Source of the DNA: Azolla caroliniana
Taxonomy: Eukaryota; Plantae; Polypodiophyta
Direction: 5' to 3'
NCBI GenBank assembly: GCA_043228905.1
Contig: JBHGNT010000018.1
Location: 14,012,001 to 14,076,000, forward strand
DNA: 64,000 nucleotides
Shown here piece after piece: positions 39,994-50,772 of the stretch; position 1 is the first letter of the stretch, and every line of letters starts with the position of its first letter. A program made the position numbers and the translations under genes. The notes under the pieces are model-generated. The model saw only the letters and a list, made by a program, of their open reading frames with translations. It had not been told where the DNA came from and searched no databases.

Positions 39994-40839
39994 CTTCATT
40001 TTTTCCTCTTCCACGAACCCTAACAAGTTCACTTCTTTCTTCTCGTCTATCCTCGTAAGCTATGGAGTCCGTGAGCAAACAAGAATATATGCGTGCTCTT
40101 TCTGAGCTCAACATGCTCACAAATAAATTTGTGGCATTAGAGCATGAAAATAAAAGGCTACTTGGGGACCTACAACAAGTGAGTACCGAAAAAGCTCAAC
40201 AATATGAAGAGTTATCACAACGGGTTCACCAACTCGAGACTGCTATATTATAATTACGAGAACAAGCGTTGGGGGCTCAGAACTCCCCAAGAGAACCAAA
40301 TATTAGCCTCCCTGCTAAGTTTGATGGTACCAAGTCTTTATTTTGAGGCTTTTTGAATCAAGTGTTGGAAGCAATGTCGTCTGTGCGGAAGATCTTGAAG
40401 CACTCGATTCCTGTTTATTCCCTGTGTATGACAGAATGTAGGTCGTTGCACAGAGAGAGAGAGAGAGAGAGAGACACAAAAGAGTTTCTTATTTCATAAA
40501 GCAACAATACAACAACCAACCTCACAAAGAGGTTACAAGGTCACTATATATAGTGACCGACTTAGGGCAACTGCCCTTTATGCTAATTACATAAATGGCC
40601 AAAACGGGATGGTGTGAATACGTCCATTATACACAGGTATTCGACACTCCCCCGTAATGGGCGTATACATGGGTTATCTAAGGTTACAGGTATAGACTTA
40701 GGTTCTCGGACATATCAGCTTTGTTCGAGTCGGCAGGGTCCGAAGGCAGAAGACCGAACTGGTCGGGTCGGAACAGTTGAAGCCGATCATTAAGGAACTG
40801 ATGTCGGTTGTCGGGAACCATCCTGCTCTGTGTCCGGCT

Positions 40840-43608
40840 CTAACCGGACTGGTTTGTCGTTACGCCCATCTGATGCCGAAGAGACCGAAAACGGTCTGCC
40901 GAAAGACACTTGGTCATTCCATCTGCGACATTGTCGGTTGTGGATATTTTCTCTAGACCGATTTTCCCTGAAATGACGCAGTCCCGAACGAAGTGATATC
41001 GAACGTCGATATGTTTGGAGGCGTTGTGGTGAACCGGATTTTTCGACAAGGCAACAGCACCTTGACTGTCGCTGTAGACAACTGGAGCCGAGTCATGTTC
41101 GACTTGTCGAAACGTGTGCGCCAGCCGACCGAGCCACAAAGCTTCTTTTGCTGCGTCGGACGCAGCTACATATTCTGCTTCGGTCGTTGAGGTCGCTGTG
41201 CACTCCTGAAGTTTCGACTTCCACGAGATTGCTCCATTGCCGAATTTGAAGCAGTATCCGGTTGTTGATTTCCGACTGTCTATACAGCCGGCGAAGTCCG
41301 AGTCGGTGTAACCGACTACGCCTGAGGTTCGGTTCGGACCGAAAAGAATGCCGTGATCTTTTGTGCCAGCCAGATATCTGAACACATGCTTGACTGCGTT
41401 CCAATGCGATCGGCCAGGATTGTGCATAAATCTGCTAACGACTCCTACGGCATGAGAGATGTCAGGCCGTGTCGCGACCATCAGGTACATAAGGGAGCCG
41501 ACTGCCGGTGCATACGGTACCGACTTCATATCTTCCCCCTCCGAACCGGATGTCGGGCAGTCTCGCTGAGAGAGCCGAAGATTCATAGGGAGTGGGGTTG
41601 AGGCTGATTTGGCTGATTGCATGTTGAAGCGTTCCAAGACACGTCCGATATAGTCGGTCTGAGACAAAAAAAGATGTCGTGTATTGCGATGCCGACTAAT
41701 CTTCATGCCAAGGATGTGTCGTGCCGGACCGAGGTCCTTCATGGCAAACTTCAACCGCAGTTGCCGAACGAGATCGGCAAGTTCGCCCGCGTGGCGTCCA
41801 GAAATTAGCATGTCGTCCACGTAAATGATGAGGAAGATGGGTGATCCATCTTGAGCTGTGTTGGTGAAGAGACAATGGTCCTCATCGCTTTTGGAGAAGC
41901 CGATCGATTGGATGAAGTCGTCGAACTTCTTGTACCATTGTCGCGGTGCCTGTTTGAGGCCGTATAGACTCTTCCTGAGTCGGCAGACTAGATGTTCTTG
42001 GCCAGTTGCCACGAAGCCTTTTGGCTGCTCCATATAAATTTCCTCCTCGAGATCACCATGGAGGAAGGCTGTTTTGACATCTAGCTGAATCAGCTCCAAG
42101 TTGTCGGCTGCCACGACGCCGAGCAGAAAACGAAGGGTTGTCATTTTCACCACTGGTGAAAAAATCTCGTCGAAGTCGACGCCATATTCTTGTCGGAAGC
42201 CCTTCGCAACTAATCTGGCCTTGTACTTTGGGGTGGTCGAATCAGACGTCTCTTTTAGTCGATAAACCCACTTGCAAGGAAGAGCACGTCGGTTCCTAGG
42301 TAATTCGACCAGATCCCAAGTCTTGTTTGCACGGATGGAGTGCATTTCCGACTCCATCGCCAGATGCCAGGTGGCCGAATCGACAGATGTCGATGCTTCT
42401 TCGTAAGACGTCGGTTCGCCGGCGTCGGTGAAGAAAATTCCAGGAGAATACCTCTCCGGAGGTTGCGACAGTCTCTCGGATCGTCGAGGTATGATTGGAC
42501 TGGTCGCATCGGGTATCGAGGTCGGATGGTCCGAAACCGAATCATTCGGCTGTGCCGAGTCAGAGTTGTCCGAGTCGGTAGTATAAGGTTCAGCTACCCG
42601 TGAAGCTGACCGTGTGTTGAGAGCGGGGCCTTCTTGAAGGGTCGGCACATCGGAGAATGTTACCCTTCGGACTTCGATTGGTTTTTCGACTGATGGGTTC
42701 ATAGCCGACTCGTTGAACACAACGTCCGAACTTCGGACGATTTGTCTGCGTTCGGGGTCCCAGAGTCGGTATCCCATTTCGCCGTCTGATCCATATCCAA
42801 GGAAAATGCATTTCCTGGACCGAGGTGCAAGTTTTCGGCGATCATCTTTCGGAATGAGGGCGTACGCCTCGCATCCGAAGATCCTCAGCTTGTCGTAATT
42901 CGGCTTGCTGCCGATCCATAGTTCCTGAGGAATTTGAAGTCCTAGAGGTCTACTTGGCGACATATTGATTATGTGTACTGCCGTGAGTAGAGCCTCTGCC
43001 CAGAAGCCATCCGACAGTCCGGAGTGTTGGAGCATGGAAACTATCCGTTCTTGGATTGTCCGATTCATGCGTTCGGCAATCCCGTTTTGCTCCGGACTGT
43101 GTGGTGCCGTAAATTCACGTCGGATGCCGCGTTGTCGGCAGAATTTGACGAATTCGTCGGATTTGAACTCTCCCCCATTATCGGTCCGAAGGCATTTCAG
43201 CTTTCGGTCGGTTTGATTTTCTACCATAGCGAGCCAATCGGTGAAGATCGAGAAGACACGATCTTTGGTGCGAATTGGATAAGCCCACACCTTTCGAGTC
43301 GAATCGTCAATAAAACTGACGAAGTAAGAGGCACCGCCTAGAGACTGATTCGGCATTGGGCCACAGACGTCCGAATGGACTAAATCGAGAGGTCTCGTCT
43401 CTTTTGGTGCTGATGTCGGGTGTGATGCGGCTACTTGTTTGCCATACTGGCAGTGCTCGCAAAATTGATGGTCGGAGAAGGAGAGTTTGGGGATGTACCC
43501 GGCTCTTGATAGGTGCGTGATGCCGGCCTTGCTGAGGTGTCCTAATCTTCGGTGCCATAGTGATGACACAGGAATATCCACCAAAAACAGGTTACCCTCT
43601 CTGAGCGT
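40840..43608 (-). CDS. Copia polyprotein C-terminal part (GAG-pre-integrase, integrase, RT, RNase H)
   Basis: Stop-free ORF with LWHRRLGH, VHSDVCGP, LRTDNGGEF, YVDDML and SDSQGA. In frame with 50773-52024 after removing the 7168-bp insert plus TSD, giving 1338 aa in total. Confidence 0.95.
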   Translation of the reverse strand, partial: TLREGNLFLVDIPVSSLWHRRLGHLSKAGITHLSRAGYIPKLSFSDHQFCEHCQYGKQVAASHPTSAPKETRPLDLVHSDVCGPMPNQSLGGASYFVSFIDDSTRKVWAYPIRTKDRVFSIFTDWLAMVENQTDRKLKCLRTDNGGEFKSDEFVKFCRQRGIRREFTAPHSPEQNGIAERMNRTIQERIVSMLQHSGLSDGFWAEALLTAVHIINMSPSRPLGLQIPQELWIGSKPNYDKLRIFGCEAYALIPKDDRRKLAPRSRKCIFLGYGSDGEMGYRLWDPERRQIVRSSDVVFNESAMNPSVEKPIEVRRVTFSDVPTLQEGPALNTRSASRVAEPYTTDSDNSDSAQPNDSVSDHPTSIPDATSPIIPRRSERLSQPPERYSPGIFFTDAGEPTSYEEASTSVDSATWHLAMESEMHSIRANKTWDLVELPRNRRALPCKWVYRLKETSDSTTPKYKARLVAKGFRQEYGVDFDEIFSPVVKMTTLRFLLGVVAADNLELIQLDVKTAFLHGDLEEEIYMEQPKGFVATGQEHLVCRLRKSLYGLKQAPRQWYKKFDDFIQSIGFSKSDEDHCLFTNTAQDGSPIFLIIYVDDMLISGRHAGELADLVRQLRLKFAMKDLGPARHILGMKISRHRNTRHLFLSQTDYIGRVLERFNMQSAKSASTPLPMNLRLSQRDCPTSGSEGEDMKSVPYAPAVGSLMYLMVATRPDISHAVGVVSRFMHNPGRSHWNAVKHVFRYLAGTKDHGILFGPNRTSGVVGYTDSDFAGCIDSRKSTTGYCFKFGNGAISWKSKLQECTATSTTEAEYVAASDAAKEALWLGRLAHTFRQVEHDSAPVVYSDSQGAVALSKNPVHHNASKHIDVRYHFVRDCVISGKIGLEKISTTDNVADGMTKCLSADRFRSLRHQMGVTTNQSG

Positions 43609-44397
43609 TGTCGGGGTTACTACGCCCTTGCGTGTAGAAAGGAGGAGGGACCACGGGGGTCTTGAACCGAAGAGCAAGAGAGAGAGGAGTAAGAGAGAGA
43701 GACCCGATTACACAGAACCGAAGATCCGATTGCGCAGAACCGACGATTGCACAGGGACACGGCCCAACAAACAGAGATCACAAACAAACGCCGACGCAGA
43801 TGGACGCAACAACGAAAGATATGTACTTATGAATGCAAGAAAATAACAGACTAAAGTATTACAACCCACGGTGGGGCACGAAATAGATACTAACGAAAAC
43901 GAACAGGGCGGCGAACAGATGCCGACCCCTGTATGTCGCGACGCACAGGAAGGGAAAACAGGTCGGAGGTGCTGCAGGACGCACTCGGGGCGTTCCACGG
44001 AACAGCGCAAGCCTCCTCGAAACCTGCACTGGTACGCGATGGAGCAGAAGACAGAGAAAGCAGGAGTGAGAGAGAAGCTCCGAAATCGGTTCGGCAGCAC
44101 TTCGTCCTCTCCGCGCGAGATACCCACTTCTACTCTTCCTCTTCCCTTTTATAGCCCGTCAAGAGGCCGTTTGGCATTAACTGCATACCAACCGAATCTA
44201 CCCACCTAGGATCCTCGTATGTACCTACTTCGTCCTTAGGTACTTCTTGGGGCGCGTGTGTGCGTAGAGCCGTTTCCCACGCCTTGTTCCTCCGATTCCT
44301 CTTGTGGGCGGTTTTCTTCACGACATCCGCCCCCACCTAACCGCGCATCCACCGGCATGCGCCAAAATAAGTTGGCACGGAGAAAACCGGCCCGCCT

Positions 44398-47300
44398 TTA
44401 CTCTTCGCCTGCCGGCCCTTCCTCGGCCTCGGATCGGTCGTCGCTGCTGTTCAGGAGAATCGGGTCGGGTTCGTCGTCGTGCCGCTTCTTGAAAGCTTTG
44501 ATCCTCTTCCCGGCCACGGGTATCGCTATTCTCGTACCGTCGAGCTCCGCCAGATGATACGTCCCGTTGTCGTTGGCGCTCTGTACCGTGTACGGCCCGA
44601 ACCATCTCCGTGCGAACTTCCGCGTTGATCGGTGCTGGTTGTCGAGGCTGCTGTCGTAGACGAGCACCCAGTCACCTTGTTCGATCTTCTTCGGTCGGAG
44701 TCGGTGCGTTCGGTCGAACCTGGCCTTGTTCTTTATCCTCGCCACTCGGATCCTTTCCGCAGCCGTCTCCACGTCCTCCGGTCTCCGTTCGAGTTGTCGT
44801 ATACGCGCTGCCAACAAGTCCTCCCGGCTCATCTCGTCCCTCCAGTCGACCGTCGCCCATGAGGAGATTGTTTGTTCCACCGGCATGATCGGCTTCTGGC
44901 CGAACATGAGCTCTGTCGGCATGTACCCGGTTACCGAACTGTGCGTAGTCCGGTCGGCCCACAAAGCATAAGGTAGAAGTCGCGGCCAGTTACCGACTTG
45001 GCCCCCGCATGCCCGAACCAGCGCTTTAACGATCGGCCCGTGTCCGCGCTCCACCTTTCCATTCGCCTCCGGGTTGTACGCAGTGGTGAGCGAGAGTTTG
45101 ACTCCCAGCCGATCGAACAGCTCCGCGGCCTCCTCGGCGTCCAACTCCCCCCGGTCAGCCACGATCTTCCCGACGCACCCGTACCGGCATATCACGTCCT
45201 CGATCAGGAACCGACACACGGCCGCGGTCGTCTTGTTCTGAAGGGCTCGGCCTTCCACCTGGTTCGTCAGGTCTTCCCGCGCTAGGACCAGATACCGCAT
45301 CTGTCCTACCCCCATCGGCATCGTCACTAGATCTACCATCCATTTGAAGTGGATAGTCGGAGGGTACGTAGGGCGAAGCCCATCCCGGTGTCGGACTATC
45401 GAGTGCATCTGACAACTCTCGCAAGTCGACACGAACCGATGCACGTCCCGGTACAATCCCGGCCACCAGTACTTCCCCTTCAGCTTCTCAAATGTCGCCC
45501 ACGTTCCACGGTGTCCAGCCCAAGGGCTGTCGTGGTAGGCCGTCAGCAGCTCCTCCTGTTCTTCCTTCATCGCCACCACCCGGAGCGGAGCGCCGTCCCT
45601 CTTCTTCGGGTGCTTCCATAGGTAGCCATCCCGGAGAAAGAATCGATATGCTTTCTTCCGGATCCGGTTGGCCTCGTCCTTCGTCCATGACGCATCAGGC
45701 GTCATTGTCTTCAAAAACCCGCCGATCTGCAGCCACTCCCCGTCGTACTTGCTCGCGTCGAACTCGTTAAGCGCCGGAGTGCTCATTCCGTCGGTCGTTA
45801 TGTGTGCCGCCTCGAAGAAATCCACGCCGACTTCTTCGTCTTCCGAAACCATGCCGCCCTCGTCGTCGAACCTCGCCCTCGAAAGCATGTCGGCCATGGC
45901 GTTGTCTTTCCCGGAAATGTGTCGTATTTCCGGGTCCAGGGACTTGATGTACGCTATCCACCTGAGCATCGCCAGGTCCGGAGTCGCGCATCCGGAAACC
46001 ATACCGAGAATCGGCAGGCAATCCGTCTCGATGATCACTTCTGTCCCTATCAGGTAGTCTTTGTCGGCCTTAACCACCGAAACAATACCCCAGAGTTCGC
46101 GTTTAACCTGGGCGTATCCTCGCTGCCGTTCACTGAGGACTTTCGCGCCGAATCGGATCGGAAACCGATTGCCGTCCTCGTCTTCCTGGTTCACGACCCA
46201 TCCGATCCCGGTCGGACTGGTATCCACCGTTATGAATACCGGGGTACCCTTCCCGTATACCGCCTTCCGGAGTGCCGGTGCCGCTGCAAGGGCCTCTTTC
46301 AGCTTCCGGACCGATTCCGCGTGCTCGTCTAGCCATTCGAACCTTCGCCCCTTTTTCAGCAACCCGTACAGTGGCTCCGCGACGTGTGCGTAATGCGGGA
46401 TCCATATGTGGTAGAACGCGCATGCCCCCAGGAATCTCCGTACTTCCGTGACCGAGCTGCAGTCGGGCTTCATCGCGGAGATGGCTTCTACCTTTGCCGG
46501 AGACGGTTTCCGGCCATACGGTCCGCACAGGTGTCCGACCACCATGATTTCTGACTGCCCGAAGGCCGACTTCTCCCCGGAGAAGGTGAGTCTCGCATCC
46601 TCTAGCCTTCGCAGCACCTTCTCGCAGTCGTCGATGTGCGTCGCCACGAATCGCCGGCATCCGTCCGGCCCGATCGTCTCGTCCTTCTCTTCTACCGGGC
46701 ATCCCTTGATCGGGATGTCGTCCAGAAACGGCATGGTGATGTCCGGGATACAGTCCCTCAGAACCTTGTTCATCGCATTCACCATGTGGGCCACCGAGTT
46801 GGTCCCTCCTTGCGGCAGTGTACACATCCGAACTAGGCCGAGGGGAGTTCGCATCGTCGTAATGTCTCTGCTCTCCACGGCTAGCTGGAACTGGTCGTAC
46901 CCTGAGTATAGATCCCCGACCGAGTAAATTGACCTTCCGGCGAAGGCCTCCGCGAACTCGTCTATGGTCGGTCCGATCCCTGCGTTCCGAATGGTCACTC
47001 GATTGACCGGCTGCAGGTCCTGGATGAAGCGCAACGAACCGTTTTTCTTCGGTACGGTAAACCATCGATTCGAATATGGGGCGCTCGACGGCTCGAGAAT
47101 TCCCATATCAACTTTCTGCCTCAGCAGCTCCATCAACTTCGGGATGTGAGCTCTCGGAACCGGGATTGGCTTGAGGTTCCATGGTACATGCGGTACCGTG
47201 AATATCACCATCGGCTCCACGATCGTCGGGTCAACGCACCCGATTTCCTCCGGCGAGAATGCGAAGGCTTTCCCGTGCCTTCCGAGCATTCTCCGAAACC

Positions 47301-47901
47301 GGTCTTCCTCCGCCGGCAGTAGGAACCCGCCCCCACCGATTTTGAGCTCTCGGAGCGTCTCGTCGGTGAAGGTGTGCCCTATGCAGGCCGGATCTCGTAG
47401 ACTAGGGTCCGATGCAACCCCTTTGATTCTCGACGCGCTGTCCTCCGGTAAGGGTGCCGCGACTGGCCTTACCTTCCGGTCCACAGTCTTGTACTTGGTG
47501 CTTACGCGGGCCGTCCGAACTGACTCGAGCCCTCGACCGAAGTCCGCGATGACTTCGTACATCTCCTCGGAACACACCGGTATCGTCCGGTCTTCGTTAA
47601 GGCCTTCTTCGACTACCTTTCCCAGCATTCCCAAGGTGTCGTCGAATGAGACCGCCTCCACGGCTCCGTTGATTTCCTCGTCAGGGCCGAGAACTCCGCA
47701 CGCTCGAAGTCTCCCCTCCGCCTTTGTCTTCTCTCGGCCGCCGATGCCGACTATCGTACACGCTCCGCTGTCGGAGAACAAAAATCCCCTACCTATGGTA
47801 CAAGGTTCCTTCGGTTTTATCGTACAGGTGTGGGGGTTTCCCGGGGTGTCCGGACTGTCGCGGCCCCACGCCTTGGCAGCCCTCTCTAAAAATCCTCTCG
47901 G
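44398..47901 (-). CDS. Gypsy pol (RT, RNase H, integrase); likely expressed by -1 frameshift
   Basis: RT DLYSGY, PQG, FLDD; RH VDTS, ETDC; INT H..H/CESC, D-D-E, WFGPY; no chromodomain. The frame is open from 47901 with no ATG at its start. Confidence 0.93.
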   Translation of the reverse strand, partial: PRGFLERAAKAWGRDSPDTPGNPHTCTIKPKEPCTIGRGFLFSDSGACTIVGIGGREKTKAEGRLRACGVLGPDEEINGAVEAVSFDDTLGMLGKVVEEGLNEDRTIPVCSEEMYEVIADFGRGLESVRTARVSTKYKTVDRKVRPVAAPLPEDSASRIKGVASDPSLRDPACIGHTFTDETLRELKIGGGGFLLPAEEDRFRRMLGRHGKAFAFSPEEIGCVDPTIVEPMVIFTVPHVPWNLKPIPVPRAHIPKLMELLRQKVDMGILEPSSAPYSNRWFTVPKKNGSLRFIQDLQPVNRVTIRNAGIGPTIDEFAEAFAGRSIYSVGDLYSGYDQFQLAVESRDITTMRTPLGLVRMCTLPQGGTNSVAHMVNAMNKVLRDCIPDITMPFLDDIPIKGCPVEEKDETIGPDGCRRFVATHIDDCEKVLRRLEDARLTFSGEKSAFGQSEIMVVGHLCGPYGRKPSPAKVEAISAMKPDCSSVTEVRRFLGACAFYHIWIPHYAHVAEPLYGLLKKGRRFEWLDEHAESVRKLKEALAAAPALRKAVYGKGTPVFITVDTSPTGIGWVVNQEDEDGNRFPIRFGAKVLSERQRGYAQVKRELWGIVSVVKADKDYLIGTEVIIETDCLPILGMVSGCATPDLAMLRWIAYIKSLDPEIRHISGKDNAMADMLSRARFDDEGGMVSEDEEVGVDFFEAAHITTDGMSTPALNEFDASKYDGEWLQIGGFLKTMTPDASWTKDEANRIRKKAYRFFLRDGYLWKHPKKRDGAPLRVVAMKEEQEELLTAYHDSPWAGHRGTWATFEKLKGKYWWPGLYRDVHRFVSTCESCQMHSIVRHRDGLRPTYPPTIHFKWMVDLVTMPMGVGQMRYLVLAREDLTNQVEGRALQNKTTAAVCRFLIEDVICRYGCVGKIVADRGELDAEEAAELFDRLGVKLSLTTAYNPEANGKVERGHGPIVKALVRACGGQVGNWPRLLPYALWADRTTHSSVTGYMPTELMFGQKPIMPVEQTISSWATVDWRDEMSREDLLAARIRQLERRPEDVETAAERIRVARIKNKARFDRTHRLRPKKIEQGDWVLVYDSSLDNQHRSTRKFARRWFGPYTVQSANDNGTYHLAELDGTRIAIPVAGKRIKAFKKRHDDEPDPILLNSSDDRSEAEEGPAGEE

Positions 47902-50012
47902 TTATCGGAACCGAGGGAGTCGCGGTTACGCTCGTGGTTCGGCCTAACCGTCAAAAACTGGACCGAATGGCGCCCGTCCTGGCTCTTGACCCGCGCATAG
48001 GCCGAACCGTTGTCCAGCACCTTGGTCTCCATTCGAGCCGCCGTGATGTACGGCTCTCCCAGTATGACGGGGTGCGATGACGACTCCTGCACGAAGAAGT
48101 GCTGGTCTATCTCGACATCGCCGATCTTGACCCGTACATTCGGGCAGGCCCCGTGAAGTTCCTCGGTGGCGCGCGTCGCCGCCCTTATCTTCCACCCGTG
48201 CTTGGTGTTGATCGGCCATTTGCCCTTCTTATAGAAGTCCATGGACATCAGGTTGATTTCCGATCCGTGGTCCACCAAAGCTACTACCGGTTCCTGGACA
48301 TCGCCGATCTTTACCGGGGTTTCCGTGGTCGCTCGGGCCCAGTGTGGCCGCGAATAGTGGCTCTCCGCCCACTCGTCTTCCAGCGCCATGTCGTCCAGGT
48401 GCGCCGTCCGCACCTCTACCGGTCTTTCCGGTTCCTCCTCCGTCGACAGCCTCTTCCGCTTGACCAAGTCCACGATGGAGTCGTGGAACTCTTTCTTCGC
48501 GATTCCGAGCACCTCCCGTAGCGACAGCTCCACCTTGCTGTCGAGGATCCGTTCCTCCAGGACCTTTCGTAAGTCCGTGGTTCTTTCTATCTCCGTCCCC
48601 AGACGGTACCCGCCCTTCTGGGGTTTATCTTGCGTACCGGCCCCGCCGGCTTCGTCCCGTCGTGGCCCGGACCGGGTCTCGTATCGTTGTGAGGGCCCGG
48701 TCGTCCCGGGTTTCCCCACCCGCTTCTCTTCTACCAGAGCCTCGTAGTTCCGGCAAGCGGCTTCCACGAAGCCCGTCTTCTCCTCGACCGGGTCGCTCCA
48801 CCCGGTCATCTCCCGTACCCGTTTCTCCGCACGGTCCGATTCCTCCCTCTTCATCCTCGTATCGGCAAGGCCTTCCAGCACCGTCGGCCAGAATCCGGCT
48901 TTGCTTCCTCTTCGGGCCTCGTTGCCCCCGACTCGAATACCGGCCGACGCCGAGTAGTGGACGGTTTCCGCATGTCGGGCCGCCGCCTCTTCCATCAACC
49001 TCTTCATTCCGCCTCGCCCGTCGTTTCGGTTTAGGGCCCTTCTCGTGTCGTTGGCGTGAACCCGGCCTTCCCATAGGTACACCACCCGGTTCCTCAGCGC
49101 CTCTGCGAAATCGCCGCAGTCTTTTCGGATGTGGCCGACCCCGTCGCACCACATGCACCTGTTCCCTACCGCCGGCCGTCGGTCACGAGCAGGTCCTCCG
49201 CCTTCTCTGCGGGCTTGTGCGATTTGGAGGTCTTTTATCGCCCTCGTCAGTTCCTCCAACGCAGCTCCTCCAGTCGAGCCTCTGATCACGTCGGTCGTAG
49301 CTGAACCGGATTCCAGCCACTCCCGAGTCTCTTCCCTTCGCACCGGCTGCGCCGGCTCGAGTTTCCTCGCCGCGACTGAGCCCGACCCGGTTGCTCTGTC
49401 ATCCTCCCATTCTCGCCGTTTGTCGAAACGGCCGCAGGCTCTCTTGACCGCCGCCCAGTCGGCTGTCAGCCCGTCTTCGGTTTCTAGCAGGGCGCCCACG
49501 TGACTCCGATCCCTCTCGTCAACCGATTTGACGAACAGCAGGACCCGGCTTGTATCCAGGACCATCCTGTCAAGCGCCGAAAGGCGCGCGAAGTTCTCCT
49601 CGAACTCCCGGAGGAGTGCCGACGCGTTTCTTCCTTTCCCGGGAGACTCCACCCACTCCATGAAGCTTCGCTTCGAAAGCCGGAGCGCGTCGTCCAGTCC
49701 GTATTTTTCCAGGAGCCGACCTTCGAACTCCTCCCAGGTACGGCTCTCCGCCCGCACCTCGAGCACCTCCGCATGGATGCTCGGCATCGCCACTCGGGGA
49801 AAACCGGCAAGACGCCTGTCTTCCGGAATGTCCCGCATTAACATTTCCGCACCGTAGGACGCCAGATACTTCGTGGCATCCTTCCCATCGAACCGGCCGA
49901 TCGTGCCGACGACCGCCTCAATAGCTCTGTCGAGGGCACCGGTGCCCTCGCGCGCGTTTACAATCCGATCCACGGCCGAAGCCATGGCCTCTGCGAGATC
50001 CGACCCCCTCAT
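47886..50012 (-). CDS. Gypsy gag-protease (708 aa from the first ATG)
   Basis: Zinc knuckle CMWCDGVGHIRKDC; aspartic protease ALVDHGSEINLM...VILGEPY. Confidence 0.93.
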   Translation of the reverse strand: MRGSDLAEAMASAVDRIVNAREGTGALDRAIEAVVGTIGRFDGKDATKYLASYGAEMLMRDIPEDRRLAGFPRVAMPSIHAEVLEVRAESRTWEEFEGRLLEKYGLDDALRLSKRSFMEWVESPGKGRNASALLREFEENFARLSALDRMVLDTSRVLLFVKSVDERDRSHVGALLETEDGLTADWAAVKRACGRFDKRREWEDDRATGSGSVAARKLEPAQPVRREETREWLESGSATTDVIRGSTGGAALEELTRAIKDLQIAQARREGGGPARDRRPAVGNRCMWCDGVGHIRKDCGDFAEALRNRVVYLWEGRVHANDTRRALNRNDGRGGMKRLMEEAAARHAETVHYSASAGIRVGGNEARRGSKAGFWPTVLEGLADTRMKREESDRAEKRVREMTGWSDPVEEKTGFVEAACRNYEALVEEKRVGKPGTTGPSQRYETRSGPRRDEAGGAGTQDKPQKGGYRLGTEIERTTDLRKVLEERILDSKVELSLREVLGIAKKEFHDSIVDLVKRKRLSTEEEPERPVEVRTAHLDDMALEDEWAESHYSRPHWARATTETPVKIGDVQEPVVALVDHGSEINLMSMDFYKKGKWPINTKHGWKIRAATRATEELHGACPNVRVKIGDVEIDQHFFVQESSSHPVILGEPYITAARMETKVLDNGSAYARVKSQDGRHSVQFLTVRPNHERNRDSLGSDNREDF

Positions 50013-50772
50013 CTTCTGCTCTTCTGCCGCCTCTTTCACGTCGGGTTCACCAAGATGTCGGGGTTACTACGCCCTTGCGTGTAGAAAAGAGGAGGGACCA
50101 CGGGGGTCTTGAACCGAAGAGCAAGAGAGAGAGGAGTAAGAGAGAGAGACCCGATTACACAGAACCGAAGATCCGATTGCGCAGAACCGACGATTGCACA
50201 GGGACACGGCCCAACAAACAGAGATCACAAACAAACGCCGACGCAGATGGACGCAACAACGAAAGATATGTACTTATGAATGCAAGAAAATAACAGACTA
50301 AAGTATTACAACCCACGGTGGGGCACGAAATAGATACTAACGAAAACGAACAGGGCGGCGAACAGATGCCGACCCCTGTATGTCGCGACGCACAGGAAGG
50401 GAAAACAGGTCGGAGGTGCTGCAGGACGCACTCGGGGCGTTCCACGGAACAGCGCAAGCCTCCTCGAAACCTGCACTGGTACGCGATGGAGCAGAAGACA
50501 GAGAAAGCAGGAGTGAGAGAGAAGCTCCGAAATCGGTTCGGCAGCACTTCGTCCTCTCCGCGCGAGATACCCACTTCTACTCTTCCTCTTCCCTTTTATA
50601 GCCCGTCAAGAGGCCGTTTGGCATTAACTGCATACCAACCGAATCTACCCACCTAGGATCCTCGTATGTACCTACTTCGTCCTTAGGTACTTCTTGGGGC
50701 GCGTGTGTGCGTAGAGCCGTTTCCCACGCCTTGTTCCTCCGATTCCTCTTGTGGGCGGTTTTCTTCACGACA

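Larger units (their letters stand above)
43609..50772 (-). mobile_element. Intact young Ty3/Gypsy element, non-chromovirus (possibly Phygy-like), 7164 bp
   Basis: 717-bp LTRs at 43609-44325 and 50056-50772 with one substitution seen (43641 G vs 50088 A). 4-bp TSD GCGT. PBS 50035-50052 complementary to the tRNA-Trp 3' end; PPT ttaggtgggggcgga. Two intact ORFs. Confidence 0.97.

Noticed and set aside
43609-43677. Listed N-terminus of the 945-aa ORF (MLFGSRPP...)
   Set aside because: Chance read-in from the inserted Gypsy LTR; the real upstream part is 50773-52024.
44300-50100. Many overlapping and antisense ORFs up to 311 aa
   Set aside because: Expected shadows of GC-rich gag/pol coding sequence; no independent motifs.
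43609-50772. Nested element appearing older (1 LTR mismatch) than its host (0 mismatches)
   Set aside because: 1/717 versus 0/284 is not distinguishable, and an RT error could also produce it.
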